Shown: piece by piece, positions 60,166 to 63,903 of the stretch
Position numbering within the stretch: the stretch's first letter is position 1
Layout: every line of letters starts with the position of its first letter
Assembly (NCBI RefSeq): GCF_001194135.2
Contig: NC_068984.1
Coordinates: 48,911,438 to 48,975,340 of the forward strand
From: Octopus bimaculoides
Lineage: Eukaryota
DNA: 63,903 nt
Reading direction: 5' to 3'
Made by a program: the position numbers and the translations under genes
Notes under the pieces: model-generated
Told to the model about the DNA's origin: nothing
What the model saw: only the letters and a program-made list of their open reading frames with translations
Databases searched by the model: none

Positions 60166-63100
60166 AAAATATGAAACAGAGTAAGAGAGTTTGCATACTT
60201 GAGCGATGAAACATTTTTTTCGATGCATTACCAAAATAGTGAATGGGTGTATATGCGCTAAATGAGTTTGTTATGAATCGTACCAAAATGTGTTCCAACA
60301 CACATTCACCGATTCTCAGAAGGAAATTTACTGGGAATTTGAGTTCGTCTTGAAGTGTTACTTGCGGTATACTGATGTCCGCTTAAAAGAGATATTTATT
60401 TCTACTTCACGGAAGATGGAAAATCATTGATTTACCAAAACTTAGAAACTTTATTCTTTTTGCTCTCTTATCAGCTGTATATCAGTTGCTCTCTCCTTTC
60501 AAAAAAGCGCGAGATGAATTTTCTTACCAAACTAACTTCTCGATAGTTCTCTCACAAAGCGATATAGTTTTCTAAATCAGCTTTTACTTTGTTATCTCAG
60601 TATCTAAAATTATATTGAAATAAGATTTTGAACCAATTTATTAATATATCAAACTTCTTTTACACTGAGGGAACTTCAAATGGCCGTATGCACTCGTACA
60701 TGCATTCTTTTCTTCTCCTCACACGGAATTCTTTAGAGAAATTGTTGAAATTTTGCCCTTTTTACTTCTTAATATACATATTTACACCATCGCGTATGGA
60801 CATAACATCGTGACATTCTTCTACATGTATGAGGTATTTTAGCTTTGCCACAGAAGTAAAACTAACAGCCCCAAAGATCCAAACACTAATGTTAGGGCGC
60901 AAAATTGTTTGTGTTCATGAAGAAAAGCTGAACTCTCAAAATGACCAAACGACGTGAAGCATCTATTCGAAGTAAATTGCGATAGCACTTGAAAATTTAT
61001 AAATTACTTGTTAGCTTGCAGTGGAACGTAACTAAGATCCTTGCGCCGGAATGACCAGAGATATCTCACTTGTCCTCAAAAGACGAAACCCAGATTTCAA
61101 ATTTGAAATTAAATCTCGATCACTGGTTTTAAGTATTTCAATTGATATTATAAATAATGAAAATATTATATTTATTAAAGCCAACCACATATTTTATGAG
61201 CATTGGTTAGTTTTCTTCACGCTATGTATCAAATATGTTTATTAAACCTTCTAATCCCTCCATACCATATTGGTTTCTTTTTCACGTGGGAGAGGTGGTG
61301 TTCAATCTTCTAGGGAGAATTGCAGTAAATTGAACTAAAAATTGAAAGCAGGCCGTAGTCTCAGCTCTATTGAAGAGCTCATCTTGGTCTTTAACGACCA
61401 CTTTTGATCTACAGAAGTGGCTGATATATAGTCACTTTAAATAAATAAGGATATTAATGATAGTGTTTGATCAACTGCTGGTACAATACACTACAAAGAC
61501 GGCTCCAGCTGAATGAATCTAATTACTATAATGCCTATAGCTACTGCTCTTTTAAAGGAATACACTATCCATTATATATTACTCAATAACTTATTCAGCA
61601 GATCATATATTTATAAGAAAATAATTGCATTTATAACACTATATCAGAATTATTTCAGAAAGTCATATTCATCAAACACAATCATACCCGTAAGAGAATA
61701 CGATATTTATGTAACGATATCACATCCCTCACAAAATATCGCATTCATCATTCATATCTGATTTACTACACAATATCATGCTCTTTACAAATTATCATAT
61801 TTACCTCAATATTATATTCATCAAGGAAATGCTCTATATATTAGAGAGTATTGTATTTATAAGTTAATATCCTGTTCATGAAAGGATATCATATTATTCG
61901 TAGAGCATCCTACGCATTACAGGATCTAATATTCATAACATATCACTATATTCATAAAAAGAAGTTATATATATTGTACAATATCAGAATTTCATATATC
62001 ATATTCTCCCCAGAGTATCAAATTTGCAATATATTCAACACAGATGGCTCTATTTATCACAGAGTAGCATAATCCTCACATTATATCATATTTACCACAC
62101 CATTTCATATGCTTAACAGAAGTTGATAAAACCAAATGAACGACAGCAAATTGATATATCTTCTATGAAACTTAACTGGCATTGCTCTAATTAACACTGT
62201 ATGGAAAATTGCACCACAATATTTTAGTTTGGTAACGATTCTCTTTACTTAATAGTCATTTCAGTATCCCGCACCTACGTCTTTTGTTCTCCCTATAAAC
62301 ACCGTATTTTGAGCGTAATATTTGATCTAATTTAAGCTTCTCGGAGCTAGAATTAAACCATCTACTAGCAGTTTCCATCCTCGGGTATAATAATTTTACT
62401 TTTCTGACGTTTTAAACATCACAAAAAAAACCCTTTACATTTATTATAAAAACACAATTAGCGTATACCGAGCATAGTTTCCTCACCACACACAAACTTA
62501 CAATATTTTGATCTGCATAAAATAACTATTTTTATTCCACATACCCATAGCAATTAAATGAACTGTTATGAACATTAAGTTTTTGAAACGTTAAGAATGT
62601 AGCAAATTTGCTTTTCTATATCGGGTATTTACTGTTTCAGAAAAATTGGAGTCTCTACCGAAAGACTTATAAATATTTGCTTAGTTAATATTTTCCATCC
62701 TTTACTTGCAACAATAACTGCTATCATCCAGAAGTTCGCTTTAAATGATGTCTATTCGGCCTATGACAAGAGAATATTTTCATTGCGAGTGTAATACAAT
62801 TGTATTCACAAGATCTTACCAGCTGATTATAGTTCAGTTAAATTTTGAGCTAGTAAGCTGTACCTAACCTTACTTGGAGGAAAGGTGACACATTTATCGA
62901 GACAGGGAATGACATTATCTGACTCTCATGCATATCTTCAAGTAGATGATCTGTAAGTTTGAAATGAAATTAAAAGAAATAACTACAAGCGGAATTCCAA
63001 ACTAGATCTTGAAACTAAATCGAAAACTTAAAATCAATCATAATAAATACATAAACTTGTTTTACTTTAGTCGAATCGGTGCAAAAAATGTTTAACCATT

Positions 63101-63903
63101 CAATTTAGCTTTATCTGTAGACCAGAAGATATCACAATGTTTTCCAGTTTATAAAATTGTCACAAGTGTTTTTATAATATATTTCGTTTTGTTCAAAGTA
63201 ATACCCCCAGGCCATTATATTATGAATTATTTAAGAGAATATAATGACATTTTTTCTTGTTGACATTAGAGAGAGAAGACTGCTTCGCAAAAGTGAAAAC
63301 AGAATAATAATGTTCATTTTAATACCAATCATAATAAATATCTAACACACAGACACATAACACTCAACAGAAAACATAACACACCGAGACAAACATTTTT
63401 ACAACTAACAACAGAAAGGACTATTTTGTTGTTGGTTTTTGTTTGTTTTTAACGAACAGTTTTGTCATCATACATCATTCCGTTTGCCAAACACTATATT
63501 TTACAAAGTTTCCAAAACTTTGCACTGTCTACGATTGTTTTAGTTTATTATGTTACTATATTATTTGTGCATTGTACTTGTACTACACTTCATTTTCTCT
63601 ACTACTATATATTTTAAGATATCCCAATCATACTACTCGTATGAAGTACCTCTGGTCTGTTATTCTTTCGCTGGTTTAAAATACACACTTCACGATTACG
63701 TTTACCCAAGTACATATTTCATAAAGATACTTATTTTCTTGATCTGTATTTCTCGAATTATTAGATTAAGATTCTTTTGATTCTGCTTCGGTTTTACGCT
63801 GATGAATATAAACATACATGCGTATATATGTCTGCACATATATGCTTACACACTTAACTAGCTCACTACGTATCTACTGCATAAATTCATATATATATAT
63901 ATA

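Noticed and set aside
60200-60620. Possible hAT-type transposase relic
   Set aside because: No diagnostic motif can be recognised.

Overview
This is AT-rich eukaryotic (animal) DNA from a draft assembly with many N gaps, and it consists almost entirely of repeats. The SINE families, dense di/trinucleotide microsatellites and many R4/Dong-type LINEs resemble an octopus (coleoid cephalopod) genome; that assignment is inference. I found no supportable host protein-coding exon, rRNA, genuine tRNA gene or CRISPR array. Contents: a Tc1 element with both TIRs, a mariner remnant, a CR1/L2-group LINE RT, an L1/Tx1-like scrap and a Penelope-like remnant. About 15 decayed R4/Dong-like (RT + CCHC + restriction-like endonuclease) fragments are stacked in three same-strand clusters joined by triplet microsatellites. 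At least three tRNA-headed SINE families are present. The most notable item is a short non-coding element on the minus strand (46756-47117) built as tRNA-like Pol III head + (AAT/AAC)n + minimal type I hammerhead ribozyme + AT-rich tail. A second 57-bp copy of the hammerhead (18736-18792) ends exactly at the predicted self-cleavage site. All family assignments come from motif recognition by eye, and boundaries are approximate unless stated.
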